This document shows, piece after piece, positions 13,217 through 27,540 of a stretch of DNA of 64,000 bases (positions within the stretch are counted from its first letter, which is position 1; every line of letters begins with the position of its first letter). Below the pieces are notes generated by a model. That model was not told the DNA's origin. It did not search any database and saw only the letters and a list, made by a program, of their open reading frames with translations. This DNA comes from Mobula hypostoma (Eukaryota). The stretch lies in contig NC_086112.1 of NCBI RefSeq assembly GCF_963921235.1, forward strand, positions 3,472,001-3,536,000. Reading direction: 5' to 3'. The position numbers and the translations under genes were made by a program.

Positions 13217-15042
13217 GGTTCTCGGTTGTCGCTTAACTTCGTATTTTTTCATCGATGTCAATTTTAATTGGAATATGTGTGCGAACTTTAACGCCTTGGT
13301 GATTACAAAAAAAACAGCTCTGGATAGTAACTTGTGTCAAGTTTCCTTTCTGAACAGTTTTATTCCAGTTCATTAGTGGATCTTCTTACCAGAAAGATTT
13401 ATCCACACGAGCTCAGTTTAGGGAATTTTTAAAAGTGCCATTCGGGTTCCGTCTGTGGCACAATTTAATCAGTGTGTAGATTCATAGGAAAAACAAAATT
13501 ACCGAACTGTAAAACATTTTATAAACTTTGTACATGACCAACTTAATAGAATACTTTTTTTCATTTAATATCTGGATTGTGTTATGATCTCAAATGACTG
13601 AAAGGTAACGTTAACAGAATTAAATGCAGAGGACATGGACAGTACTGGCCCGTTTACTGGTTGGTAATAGTACTGATTTTGAGAACCATGAATTGAGAAT
13701 GTGACAACATCTTTGACCTAAGGGCATTTGTTGTTTACAAGATGTTTCTGTACAGGTAGACTAATAATGCGCTGGAAGGTTATTTGTTTTTCAAACATCT
13801 GGGATGGTTATTCCTGTTGCTCTTACCTCCTCTCCAAACAGCACCCTTCCCCTCCATCTCACCCATTACCCGCCCCACTCAGCTCCTGATGAAACTCGGG
13901 TGTTTGGGCTGCTTCACGCAGCCCTGCTTCAGCGTTATCACTCTCTTCCATCTCCCGTAGATCTGCTCTCACCTGAGATGCAAGGTTTTCGGCTCGGTAC
14001 CGGTACTATGATCTGTCCACACAGCTTCTACCTCGTTGCTGTTCGTTAATAGTATTTCAGGTCGGTTTTATCTCATGCTGAATACAAAGAAAAAAGTCAT
14101 TAATATTTTGATGCTTGCTGAAGAAACTTTCTTTTCACTCAACAGAACTGAAACATCAACTACGTACTATTAAAACCTTACTTCAAGTATCAAATATAAA
14201 AGATAATTTGGTTATTAATAACCGAACCTAATAACCTCACGAAATAAATTCCATTCAATCATATCTGTACAGAATTTCAAACGGAGCGTTTGGTTAATAT
14301 TAAAATAATTTCATCGCGTCCTGTTCAGAGTTTGTGATATTAACACAACAAATGTGACCCAAATAGTTTTTTTTCTGTTATCTACGCATCTATTTTCTCG
14401 GACCTGAACTTTCGAAACGGAATTTAAGAAATTGGCATATTGTTTAACTGACATAGTTGTCCGAATAAAACATAAGCTGAAATGTCCATCAGTTTATCAC
14501 ATTTGATGACTAGGTGCTCTTGTCTTCCGAGTACTCAATTTAAAACTAAAGTTTAGCCGCCATCGGACTCTTTTATTTTAGAAACAAGCAGTATATACAG
14601 AAATATTACTCAGCTTTCTTTTGTGCTCGTGTCAGAGAAGGAAATTTCACGAGAAAACATAAAAGTCAAAGGAGATGGGAGCTGGACTGCTCAGCAAGCT
14701 TCATTTCCCGACCTCGTTCCACCTGCCATATTATCAATAAATTCAATACATTTAACTCCAACCAAAGTGTAGCGGCTACCATTTATACTAAATAACTAAG
14801 CATTATTATTAAACTCCAACTTCCTTTGGTTCTCTCTTCTATTCATCAATGTGTATTTGCCAAGTATTTTAAACCCGTAGTTTACTGCCAGAAAATGTGA
14901 TAAGTTTCGTCACATCCAGTGGGCTTGTTGTAATACCTGGATTGATTACTCATTAACTCCTATTGATAGTTTTCTAATTTACTCATATGTCACACCGTAC
15001 TCTTTGCAAAAGATGTTGATGATAAACTTGAATTCTAGGCAT

Positions 15043-15059
15043 CTCTCCCCCCCCCCCCC

Positions 15060-15098
<39 letters not shown>

Positions 15099-15142
15099 AA
15101 AACACACATATATGTGTATGTATGTATGTGTGTATATATATA
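15043..15142. repeat. Compound microsatellite poly(C)/(CT)n/(TA)n/(TATG)n
   Basis: Visible in sequence. Confidence 0.9.
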
Positions 15143-15737
15143 GTAAGCTCTATAAAAGAGAAGTTTTAAACGTGCTCATTCTCCAGAATAAGCGATGAAC
15201 ACATTAAATGTACAGTTTATAATTCATTCCATATATGAAATATTATTCACTATTATATAGTTTGGATATTTTGCACGGAAAATACATTAAAACATTTTTT
15301 CAAAGATGTCTAATATTGAATTGCCAGTTTTAGATAGAGTCACTGCCTCGAGCTTAACTATACTCTATAACTTAATGCGATAATAAAGAGTACTCAGTGA
15401 AAATTGAAGGTAGAGTTTTCTCAGAAAGGAGTATTAAATATAAGATTATAAAACATACAGGAGGACACCGTTTTCGCATGGTACAGGAGAATAACCGGAT
15501 AGCTTTCAGGCAAAAAATATATATCTATTCCACGGGAGAAAATATTGAATGTGCTATCAGCTTTCGGAAAGAGAAAACTTCAGGGGTATTTGCAAGTAGA
15601 ACCAATAAGAAGTGAAGATGTTTGTGCTATTCACTGAAGTATAATGGGGTGGTGGTCCCTTAAACCCGACTTAAAAGTGAGAAAAATGAGTCACACTTGA
15701 AATTTCCAGCCATGTTAACGGCCGCAAATACGCACTG

Positions 15738-15758
15738 ATTAGCACCATGGACAGCGCA
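15738..15758 (+). promoter_or_regulatory. REST/NRSF binding site (RE1/NRSE)
   Basis: ATTAGCACCATGGACAGCGCA matches the 17-bp RE1 consensus NTYAGMRCCNNRGMSAG at every position, plus the CGC tail. Confidence 0.75.
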
Positions 15759-18700
15759 TTGCAGCATAGTCATAAATTAGTCAAGTTTCCACAAAGATAG
15801 GTAAGATGTAATTATAACATATACTTAAAGAGTAAACATACTCTTGTAATACTCTTGTGAAATATTTTTGTTTGATTTATTTTATTTCAGCGGTTTAATT
15901 CCAATTTTAAAAAATCTTAACATGAAATTTCCCCCACTATTCTCTATCTATTAGTGTTTGGCAGCCTATTATATTTTAAAATTTAAGGCTTTGTTGATAA
16001 TAACATCGATGTGGCGTAAATTATCCCCTTTTCCTGATATTACTGGTCTTTGTGGGATATCTAATCTTCCCTACATTTTCCAAAAACATTTATGCTGATT
16101 GTAATTTAATGCTGTTCAAATGTGAGCAGTCTTTAATAAGTATTTTAATTCTAAAAAATTATTAGAGTTTATTAGTAGATTTTTAAAAGTTTCAGAAGAA
16201 AACTTAAACGTCAGTAAGTTTCTTTGGTCCAGTAATGGAATATCTTTTGAATTACAGCTGGAATTTGTGAGAGTATTTGCTTTTGGGAAGGAGCTGTTTG
16301 ATGGGAGTTGCGGCTTTCCGACAGCTTGTTAATTAAAGTCCCCTGGAGATGAGGCTCTGGAGCCACCGTCCGTATCAAGACAGTGCTAAATATCTCGATT
16401 CTGACAGTAACTCAGCAAGATTCAATATTAAAACAAGCATAAACTTTAAGGGGAAAAAAGGCTTTATCTATTTCTCCTTTTACCCTTCTCTTCCTGAATC
16501 TCAATTCCGCCCAACTGAACTGCTGGAAATTTCTTTAACGCTTGTTCAAAATGACAACAGCAAATTTCGGATTTTTCACGTCTTGCCTTTTCAAGTAAAA
16601 AATACATAAGCATGCTTTATTCAGAGTTTTCGTTCAACTTGTGAATGCATATTACTTCCCTGAAATTCAAAATATTCATCAATATCCGTTTGATAATTTT
16701 CAAACAATAGAAAATTAAGTTTTTGATACATTGAACAACACTATATTTACACAATATTTAACTATATATCGACCTGTTGAATTTCATGAGTTAATCATTT
16801 CAAATATTTTGGAGAATGTCCGCCCAGTCTTCCGAAATTCTGTAACTTCTACATTTCTCGGACCAGTTTGTTTTTTTTACTGCCGCTCCATAGAAAACAA
16901 TATGTGGTGGAAAAACCATTGGTTTTAGTAATGTGAACACCTGTTTATTTATCTTTTTGTTATTTATCTTTTCACAATCAATTTCTTTAATTTCGCGATG
17001 AATAAAAACATTGTCTCTGTTATCTCAGCGATAGCCAGCCATTTTCAAATGACAACCTTTCCTCATTTTATTAGCTTCGTATCTTCCTTCAGAAGCTCAA
17101 GCTGGAAACAACCTTGTCATGTGCCCAGTGAACCTGGTTAAACCCTTTTCACCTGGGCCCGTTTTGCTTTGCAAACCCTCAAAGTCATCCGTAAATTGTT
17201 TTTGTTCTGTGTAGATAATTTGTCAACGTCAAAGATGGACTTACTTCTGTTTATTGGAAGCAAACTGTGATTTTTTAATGGGGCAAAAACCTTCCGTGAC
17301 GCTTTCACGGAACTCAATATCATATCCAAAATATTTACCAAGTATATGATCCGCTTTCAGAAGTACTGAAAGTATGGAAGCAATACGACTTTCATCGATT
17401 GCACTTGGAAGGACTGAAAGTTTCACCACACCATCTATGTCAGAATAACCTCCAAATAAACTAGTCGATTCGAATTGTTCTTTAAAAAGTAGAAGAAAGA
17501 TACATGCTCTTCATGTGTCAAAAGTATCCGTTCGGTTAAATGCACATCAAATAGAACAAGATAGGTTGAAACAGGGACGGCATGTTATCGCCTGATAATC
17601 CCGTTGCGTAACATTTACTTCCATTCTTTGACGCGAGTAATGACAACGGAACAAGCTCAGGTCTAATAATTGATAACATCAATCTTAAAACGTTAGCATC
17701 TGATCTCAGACGGAAAATTCACGCACAAATTCGAAATAAAATTACCCTCATTTTAAAAAAAGAAACACTGATATTAGAGCTCTGAAACGTTTAATTTTAC
17801 TCTAAACATTATAAACTTCAAAACCGATAAATAATGTTATAACTAGAAATGAATATAAATAGCGTTTTGCGAACGATTGTATAGAATGGAACGATAAACA
17901 TTCGTTAACAGAATCTTTTTTCTACAATTTAATTTCGTACTTCGATTTTGTAACTATAACATCAATTAAAAATAAGTTCTTCAACTTTATCTCAAAACCA
18001 TTTCAGATCAAATTCTTTCTAAACTCTTTGATATGTGCACATAATCGATATGTTTCTCTTTGAACTGATCATGCCACTTTAAGTCATACCTCTAAATTCG
18101 CTGTTGATTACGCACTGCAGCTGATAAAATTTCAAATAAACTTGGTCAAGGTAACCACTGTTACACTTTCTATGTTGCGTTTTAAAAAAAAATAATGTGG
18201 ATAATAACAGGGCTGACGCCGTTAGAACTCTGGCAAGATAAATAACGAAAAACGTCATTCAGTCTCACATTGGATTAAACACCTATATTGAATTAATAAA
18301 CCTCAAATATTTTATGTTAATATTGATTAAACTATTTGAAATATAACTTTTTATAGCTGATAATAATTTTTAACCCTTGACGTTTTAACGTAATATTTAA
18401 TTATCCGATAAATCGAATTAACATTGTCTATACTTTCCTGCCCTACTGCTGATAGGAAGGAGGCCCCGTGTGCAGGTGCAGAGGCGGCCGTACTCCAGCC
18501 TAACGCCCCGGCGCGACTACATTACTAATACCTTCCTGTCTGCAATCAGCTGTGACTTTCAACGCAGTTGCCGCCGGTTTCTCTTCCATTTCCCTTTTCA
18601 AGCCAACTAACACAATCTAAATATAAGATTTGGAATGACATATAAAATGGCGATTAAAGAAGATTAAAACCGAAGTACCTGAATATATTTCGGCCCATTG

Positions 18701-21700
18701 AAAGGGAGTTCGACACGAATTGCTAAAATAACTAGCCATGCCTTTTGGATTTAAACAACATTTGACAAATTGATGCACAAAATGCTTATCTCTGTTATCA
18801 AGCTCATTGGAACAAACTGAGTAAATAGTTTGAAACTTAGACTGATTGTAAATTCCTTGAAAAAGTTTAAAATACGTTTTATATCGCGACCAATTTGTTT
18901 AAAGTGTATGAAATTGTAGCTGATTTATAACTAATATTCATATAAAATGTGTTATTAGTTTTTATTAATTTCGAATTATGATTAAATTCTGCGTAAGAAC
19001 TGTGATCAGATAGTTGTTCGTTAGTTAAATCACTCGACACTAGTGTGAATGAACGTTATTTGCCCGCCATGGAAATGCTTTGCATTTACTTCGAACCGAA
19101 ACTCATTGCTGTTAATTCGCTTGTTCTTCTTATACAGGGTTCAAAGGGACATCTGACATGGAAAGACTAATTCTGCGATCTTTAGTCAAAGCTTCATTTG
19201 ATATTGCAAATCGAATTTTTCTGTCTGATCGATAAATACAATTAGTTCTTTCACCCCCCCCCGGCATTTTTGTATCAAAATCTGACGCATTTCTGCATGA
19301 AAACAACTCCCATGTTTATTAAATGCAAGGGGGGGGGGAAGTATTTCGCACTTACTCGGGGAAGTTCCAGTCTTAATCAAAAATTATACCAAGCTCGCCA
19401 CTAAACTCAATAATTGACCTTCTCGGTTTCAAACGGGACATAGCTGCAGAGCTTTGGTTGAATAAGTCGCAAGTTGTTTGAGATTTTAAGTGTAAAATTG
19501 CAAGACAAATATTTTGGGCGATTAATACAATTTATTTGAAGCACTTACAAATTTCCATTCCTATTGCATTTTATGTTCATGGATATAAAATTTACCATAA
19601 ACAAGTACATTTATTGTTCAGGATATTTTGGCTGTGGTAAATCTGATATGCCAATAAAGTCTGTAGTGCCTACAGCTACAGCTTCTTTTTTTTAGTGTGA
19701 AATCTAATATAACGTAATAATTATTGAGCAATATTGGCTGCGATCTGTGTATTTGGTAGTGACTGCGGTAAAAAAAGGGCGGAGGGTAATCAAACGGAAT
19801 ATAGCGGACCGGGATGTGTGATTGCATTAAAGTCAAAAACACCTGGACAGCTGTGTATGTGTGTGAATGTGTTTAAAATAAATCTTACAGTGAAACAGTA
19901 TAAAACAATGTTTACACCTTCTCCTGCGGTTGATACTCGGTTCTCGAAATCTAGCGCCACCTAGCCCACAAAATATGCAATGACAGATCAGCGCCGGGCA
20001 GGATGTCTTCAAACTGTTGAGAATTAAGACCTCGAAGATTACAGTACAGCAGAGTTGGACAGTGGGCTAACTATGTAAAAGATGCATGAAAATTAATTAA
20101 TACGATGAGTATGTAAAAATATCAAACTGCTGAAAATTATTTAAAAAAAATTATTTGGAAAAGTCGATCTGACATTTGAAGTCGATCTTCAAGCTGCGTA
20201 CGAAATACGCATTTATGCAAGGTGCTGAGCTTATGTTAAAATCTATCCTTCTCTCTACAGGGTTACCTTGTATCATTGATATATTTAGTAAATGCCAAAC
20301 TATTCACAACTATCCAAATTACTGTGCGGTCATTTCCCCGATTTCATTTCGAACCTTCGATTCTAAAACACAAGATGACCTTATTTGAAATTAATACATA
20401 TAATAACAAAACCCGCAACAAAAAAGCTGAAAGCTGAACTACCGTTTAATCAACCTTCGTGAATTCACTTTATAAAAATATAGATCGTGCAAATATATTA
20501 TTACATAGACGACATGTCGATTTTAACGTCTGTACCACGGAAATTGCCTGGTGACTAATTCATCAGGCAAAAGAATAACATTTGTCATACTACAATATTA
20601 ATTCAGTTAGCTTGTTCACTTTGCTCACAACAGTGGTGGAAGAAAAGATGCAGCGGAGGTAACAGCAAAGCGATTCGATGCTGATTTCATTGAAGCCACT
20701 TAAAGAAAGACTAAAAGTGCTCCATTGTTGGCCATTTCGGTAAAAAGGGACTCACGGTCTTAATAAAAAACAACACTTAAGTATTCATTTGTTATCTAAA
20801 ACACTTAAATTAAGTAGATTGTTTTTAAGAGTCATAATTATTAGTCAATTCTATAAAGTACAACGCATGTTCCATAACTTATTATATTACTTGGTGGGAT
20901 AAGTTCGAACCTCGGGAGTTTCGGTTTTGTGACACGAAAAAAATACTTTATTGAAAGCAAAGAAAAAATATAGAATAATAGACCTCCCATTTGTTGTTAA
21001 TGTAATAGAACTCTTCTACGCATAAACCCTTCTAATATTAAAATAATGCCAGACGCTTAGATTTCCATAATTACCATACAAGAAAGAGTCACCCTAACAC
21101 ACAACGATTGCAGGGAACAGCAAATACCTCATCCCTTTCTAAAGCACTGGTAAACGAGTTTTGGACATTCTCTCCAAATAGTTATGGTGATTTCATCTTG
21201 AAGTTGCCCGTAGCAAAGTGTTATAACTCCTGTAAAATATTTGCTCTCAACAGAGGAAGTATCTATTCTGTTTTTGTACTGGCCTGCGATGGAATGGTTT
21301 AATATAATTACTTTGTTGTTTTTTTAAAGTAGTTATAATATTACGCCACCGGAACGACGAAGTTTCATGTGAGCTTATTGGGTAGCTCTTCTATTTAACC
21401 TAGTAGAAATAATATTCCCATGAACATTAAACAAAAAAAATATGATACGTTGTTTATTAGTTTATATGAAATAAATTGATTACCAGGCAACGCAAGAAAA
21501 GCCAACGCCGACTAGCAGATATGAAAGAGAATTGGAGCGACAGGACAAAGGAACGAAAAGGAAATTATAAGTTCACAAAAGCTAACTTCAAAAAAGCTCC
21601 CAAGAAAACTAATAGTCACAGTTGCTATATTGCAACTGCGGTTATTCTTATTTAACCAAGGGAAAGACACGTTCATTTTGTGTTATTATTTGGCTGGATA

Positions 21701-23650
21701 CCGACATCAAATCCCATGTGTGAATCCAGTGCATGTAAACGCTATCTTTTTTTTCTGAATTTTTAGAGTGAGTCATTACATTCTCCGTATTTCAAAAGTC
21801 AGAAGGCAGAGGGGAAGATAGCCAAGGTTTATACCAGACAGAATATTGATCAAATTGCTGTACTTTTGTGGCGTCACTGACGGTATCTTTCATCACAAGG
21901 AATAGCTCACTAAATTAAAATGTCTTGCTTTAAAGTTGTGAAGAGACAGATTTCAAAATCGGTTAACGGTTTACGTGAGATACGATATCGATGTCGCTGT
22001 ACCCTCGATGTCTTTTTTTTAGACAACGGTGAATGCGTTTTTTTATATACAACGGTGAATGCAGGGTGAGGATTATCATCGATTTACAGCATTAAGAAGT
22101 GAGGAGCATAAATGCCAGCGGCGTTCAGCTCCAGTTCATGAGGACGTCAGCAAATATTCTTCTAATGATTAGTTGGTAGTACAGCTCCCATTATTTTTCC
22201 ACAACTGAGCATAAATTGTTTGATTCTCCCCTTAGTTTATTGGTGTTTGGAATATTGTTGGTAAGTGAGCGAAGAATGACACCGAAAAAAAGGCGAAACA
22301 AAAAGTGAGATCAATTACAAACAATATAAAGAGACTGCTTAACGCCTGTCGGAATGTTTCTTTTTAGTAAGTGGCGATAATTCCACGCTGCCGGCGCTCT
22401 AATATTTGCAGTTCCATATTAGGCAATCTGTAAATTAAATATTCAGCAGGAGATGAATAAAAATATTGTTTAAATTGAGGGTACAAGCATCAACTGTACA
22501 GTCTTGCGGTGTATAATTGCAGACGGCTAGGGAGAATGCATTGTGACACTACGTCTTACCTTAATACTGTCTATACATCAAACATCCCCACTTACCACAT
22601 CTACGTGGTGCTGAACGCAGGGGATTTCAAACTTACTTTAATGTGCTTCGTAAAACTGAACTTCACCTGAGTGATTAAATCCCCCTCCTCCTCGTGTTTC
22701 TTATTAAAGCCACCTCATCCCCTCTGTTCAGTGATAGCTTATTAAACTGTCCTTTGTACCGTGTGCTGTCTTTATAATGTTATGGAAAGCGTGAGTTAAA
22801 TTTTCACACAGAAATCACGTGCAGCGTTCGAGGGACGTTAATGTATAATCCGAAGAGCAACAATTTGTAAGCCGAGTTCAACCGCCTGGATGAATAGAAA
22901 AGAATAATCACCGAAACGTCAGATTTTTTTCCTTTTTTATCTTTTTCCGCGGAAAGGGTATTTGAAATATGTGAACCGTAATCAAACCGAAATAGGCTAC
23001 GCGGAAGTATAGCTCTGAAGTTAAATAACCGCGATAACATAAAGGCTAGTTAAACTGTGAAAGAAACTTTCCTATAAACTTTAGTTTGAGAGAATTTTGG
23101 TAGCTCCCTTTGCCTTTGTACTTAGGATTCCCCTTTCAGAAAGTGAGTATTCACAAAGACTTGTCTAAATAGCGCCTTGAAAGGTGTTCACATAAGGACA
23201 GTGTCTCATGAAGATCTGACAGGTTTTGTTGTCAGTACTATAGTGGCAGCTTTGTAAGATATTCGTTTTTCTTTCTTTAAATGCTCCAACTTAATAAAGA
23301 CCCCCTGTCTTAAAGCGTGCATACCCCTGCTGTCTCTGTCCACCCTGTGTCCAGCCTATCTGCACAAACCCCACGTGATGTCTGCTAACATAATTTTAAT
23401 GATTTTGTCAACGTACACAGAATTAATTTTCATAAAAATGCAAAACGAACTGACGTCCATGTTCCTAATCCTCCTCCCCAAATGCCCCGATCTTGAGTAA
23501 GAAAGATCGCTTTTTGACTCGAAATTTATCCCATTTCAAAAGAAAGGATTTCAAACCTGCGGAAAAAAAATGCCCCATTCAGATTAGGAGCGTTTATTTC
23601 TTGCTTGGCCTTTGAACAGAGAGGTCGTGTCACTCAGGAAAGGGCTATTC

Positions 23651-23653
<3 letters not shown>

Positions 23654-23691
<38 letters not shown>

Positions 23692-23930
23692 CTCTGTCTG
23701 TCTGTTTCTCTCTGTCTGTCTTTCCTCACTCTCCTCTATCTGTCTCAACCTCTCTCCCCCTCTCTCTACCTCTCTCTACCTCTCTCTCTCTCTCTCTCTG
23801 TTTCTCTCTGTCTGTCTCTCCTCTGTCTGTCTGTCTTTCCTCACTCTCTTCTATCTGTCTCAACCTCTCTCCCCCTCTCTCTCTTTCTCTCTCACTCCGT
23901 TTGTCTGTCTATCTCTCTCTCCCCCCCCCA
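23654..23930. repeat. Polypyrimidine (CT/CTGT) tract with an internal ~60 bp duplication
   Basis: ctttcctcactctc(c/t)tctatctgtctcaacctctctccccctctctct occurs twice, at ~23720 and ~23835. Confidence 0.9.
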
Positions 23931-26409
23931 CCCCCACCCCGCGCCACAACGACAGCATTCGCTCGCACTTACTCCAAACACACCTCGGCCCGGGCTGGTT
24001 TTAAGGCAACATGCCACAAAGATTAAAGATTTGGCATTTTACAAGAGGACGAGGTGATCCTGTATTCATAGCAACGGTATGTAGGCCACAAAGTGCTCGC
24101 AAACAGCCAGCGATATCCTCCCCGGAGCGCTCGAGTCTCGGGCGTGTAGGATTTTTATCGACTGTTGCTGCTACGGTCCATACCAAGTCTTTCCATGAAT
24201 TAAAATTAAATATGGCTGACGCAATTTCAGCAATCAGCCAAATCTATTAAAAACAGCAATGTGGCCGGTAACGAGTCGTTACCTGGCGCATCTATATTAA
24301 AAAGCGCTTCGCTTACACTATGCTATTGAAGCCATTATCTGTTAGTTTCTCGATCTTTTTTTTTACGGACTTGCTTGGTTATACAGGAAAATGTATGTTG
24401 ACGGGAACGTTTAGTAGCGGATTATTTACGAGGGAATCAAGGGGTCAAGTTCTGGTCTAAGTGGCACATCTGCGAAACATTGAAGCTACTAATTCACCAA
24501 AGGCTGCATGCCTTTTATTGTAGACATATTGGGGAATTAGTAAGAGTCCGCGTCTCCCCTTCACAAGGGGGAGGGAGCCTGATTATATCATGATGTATTG
24601 CTGGCTCCACGTTCAATCTGTAACACCGCAGCTAAAACGTGAAGACGGGAAAAAAATCCAACAAAACACTCCAGCCATCCATTATGAAGAAAAATAGGAG
24701 TCGTGCTGAGAAATTAGGTAAATAAATTCTAAATTAGAAGAATATTAACCACAACATCATTCACACAGCTCCACGCCTGTCTGTCCTGATGTGCAATTAA
24801 ATTAAAGTAAATTCACATTAGAACGTTTCCAGGTTGTGGTGCAGTTTATACTTTAAACAAATCTCTCTTTATCTCTGTTGTGGATCCAATGCTGGTGTTT
24901 ATTGGGGGGGGGGCTGAGGCGCCGTGTTTATGCTATATTAATTCTTTAAAAAGGACCATATGAATGGTTTCAGCTTTATCTCATAAAACTGTCCCGAATA
25001 TTCAAAGCAAATGCATACCAGTTCATCAATTTCTCCTTCCCTTTACAACGATTCAACATTTACAATAGACCTACCTCGCACATGTCACTGCAAGAAGGCA
25101 GATGCGATGCTTTTTCATACATTTCATTCAGTGACTTAGATACATGAATTACGCTGAAAATGTTCCAGTCCGCTCGTGTTGTTTGCTAAATGATTGTTAC
25201 TTAGATTTATTAAACCGAAGAGAAAAATGAGTGTAATTGAGACGAGTCAAAGAAGCGTGTATGAATTTTATATTTACCTCTGGGAAAATGATTAAAATGT
25301 TCAGAAGTTTATTTTTTAAAAAGTCCTTTCGCCCTAATCAAAAACGTACGTGGAAAATTATTTCTAAACGCAATCCTCTACTGGTTAGCTTAGGTATATA
25401 ATGCAATCTAAGATTATGTACGCAGTTAAACATGTTGTATTTTAATTCGATTGCTGTAGTGACAGGCTAGTGTTCGGGTTACTTGTGTGTATATAATAAT
25501 CTATAGAGGGAGCGAGAGACCGTTATTAGATGCGAGCGCCAGCGACTTCTCAATACGTCTGCGTTAAAACAAGCTACTGATAAAATTGGTCTCAGCATGG
25601 TGTATAATTGCGACAGAATGTTTCAAAATAACACTTAAAGACATAGTTGATCATATCGTCAAAATTGCGGACTTGCTGCTGTGTACTCAAATCGTCCCGA
25701 CACTTCTGAAACAAGACCAGGTGTTAGCAGAACCTGCAATCTTCCGCACTCATTTCACATGTGAGTGCAGTAAAACGAAGGGAATGTGCCCCATCGTTGT
25801 ATCATGGAACAATGCCACCCTTCTCCGAGGAAAATCTCCTGCCCTCACGGGTGTTGTGGCCTACATGGGTTGGAGGGCTTTTTACACATTTAGCGAAGAA
25901 AGTATGCCCATATATACGGGTTGTGCACTGCAGAGGATGTCTTTAAAATATATTGACGTCACTGAGATCAGAGTGTATATCAGAAGGAATCTCCTGACGT
26001 CCCTACTCACTGCTTCACCACACTACTGAGGCTGCAGTGACATTGCAACCGAAAGCATCTCATGTGTCTGTTTGAACTTCAAGTCAAGACTCTCCACTCT
26101 CCCTTCGCCTATCATCTCTATGTTTCTACTTGCTGCGCCAATTCCGTCAGCCCTAGGACCACAAAGAATTATTTTGCCCCCACTAATCACCCCCTCCCTC
26201 CCCTCTCTCTCTGCCACCTACCCGACCTCACATCTTCTTCTCTTCTCATCTTAATTTCCATTTTTAATTGGCACCCTTCTCGAACTCTTACTTGTAGCGA
26301 CTCACGCTGTTCAAAAAATGTTTCCTGTTGTTTTCGAGAGCCTTATTCCACAACCATGCCTGTTGTAAATTCTTGCTCACTTTGCTTCCAACTTCGTCTG
26401 TTTCTTTGC

Positions 26410-26490
26410 CGCGCGTACACACAAACACACAAACACACACACACACACCCGCAAGCACGCGCGCGCGCACACACACACGCGCACGCACAT
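26410..26490. repeat. Alternating purine-pyrimidine (CA)n/(GC)n tract
   Basis: Includes gcacgcgcgcgcgcacacacacacgcgcacgcacat. Confidence 0.85.
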
Positions 26491-27540
26491 AAATATTACT
26501 GTACTGAGATGTACGCGCCACGTGTTGATAAACTTACACTTAATGACAACCTAAGTCCAATCTCAATAGAAATGAAGGTCTTACTTTTTGTTGTCATCCC
26601 CCTCTGGCCGCTGCCTTCTTTAATTAAGTGTGCTAGATTTCTTCCCTGTGGAAAAGAAAGCCTGGTGTTTTGGATGGAATCTCGGTGCAGTGTTTTTTTT
26701 TGAGAAGGGACTTAGGGCTCCAAACCCAAAGGCTCCGAGTTAAGTGCAGATTGAGACATATCGAGATCCTTATAAAAGGATCATTTCATGTGGGAGGTTG
26801 GACACGAAGTTTGGGACTCGTGACTTGCATTCCTGAGCGACATGCATATTTTAATAGAACAAAGCAAGCGAGGAACAAGGCTTAGAGCAAAAACCAAAAC
26901 TTGGGAGGATGAGAGATGAGAGGCACTGTTTTAAACGTATTATCCAATAATAGCCGCCTTTTCACAACACGCTGCAAAATGTGTATTGGAAAGCTACAAG
27001 AATCTTGCTTCAATTATTTGTTGATTGGTTTATCGCTCCAAGTTTATTTTGAAAGGACATGCAACAGTTAAAATGGATTAGGGCATTACAAAGCATGCGG
27101 TGATACCGATTGTGCGCAACAGTAAAATATGGAATGCTTTCCCAGACTCGGCACATCGCTGCTGACTTGGCGAGTAATGACTTCGTTCTTATGTAATGAG
27201 TGCGGTTATTAATAGGAAATCAAATGAGGGGAAACTCAGACGAAATGATGACAGCTGAAGAAGTGGACAGCGTCACACGGCGTGTGAAACCACAATTTAA
27301 TGCTTGATGCCAAAGAAAAGTGTCTGATTGCTTTATCTATTTCTATTCACTTAACGTGTGATCATTAAGGTAGAAACTGCAAAAGGACAAATCCGGGTGA
27401 AATATCATGTAAGGCTCACGGAACGTGTGCCCTGAGCGGCTCAACGACGCCGCTGCGCTCTTCGCCAAACCGGATCGATTGCTGTTTCTACCATAAAACG
27501 CTGTTTGCAACACGTGTGGAAATCTGAGCTGCAGCACAGA

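Noticed and set aside
5709-13261. Many minus-strand ORFs rich in GSSGVQC/VVGFSV and a plus-strand PHY/NPTT ORF
   Set aside because: Translations of the minisatellite and N blocks; frames shift with monomer length and there is no gene structure.
16950-18800. Apparent cluster of GATA sites
   Set aside because: Only modestly above what AT-rich composition predicts; not convincing without conservation data.
24442-24453. Identical DR0-like 12-mer gggtcaagttct also at 49917-49928
   Set aside because: Many shared 12-mers are expected by chance in 64 kb and the second half-site is imperfect.
23605-26703. ORFs of 112-213 aa at 23.6-24.0 kb and 25.6-26.7 kb
   Set aside because: Mostly non-ATG starts or microsatellite-derived LSLS/HTHT sequence, with no recognisable domain.
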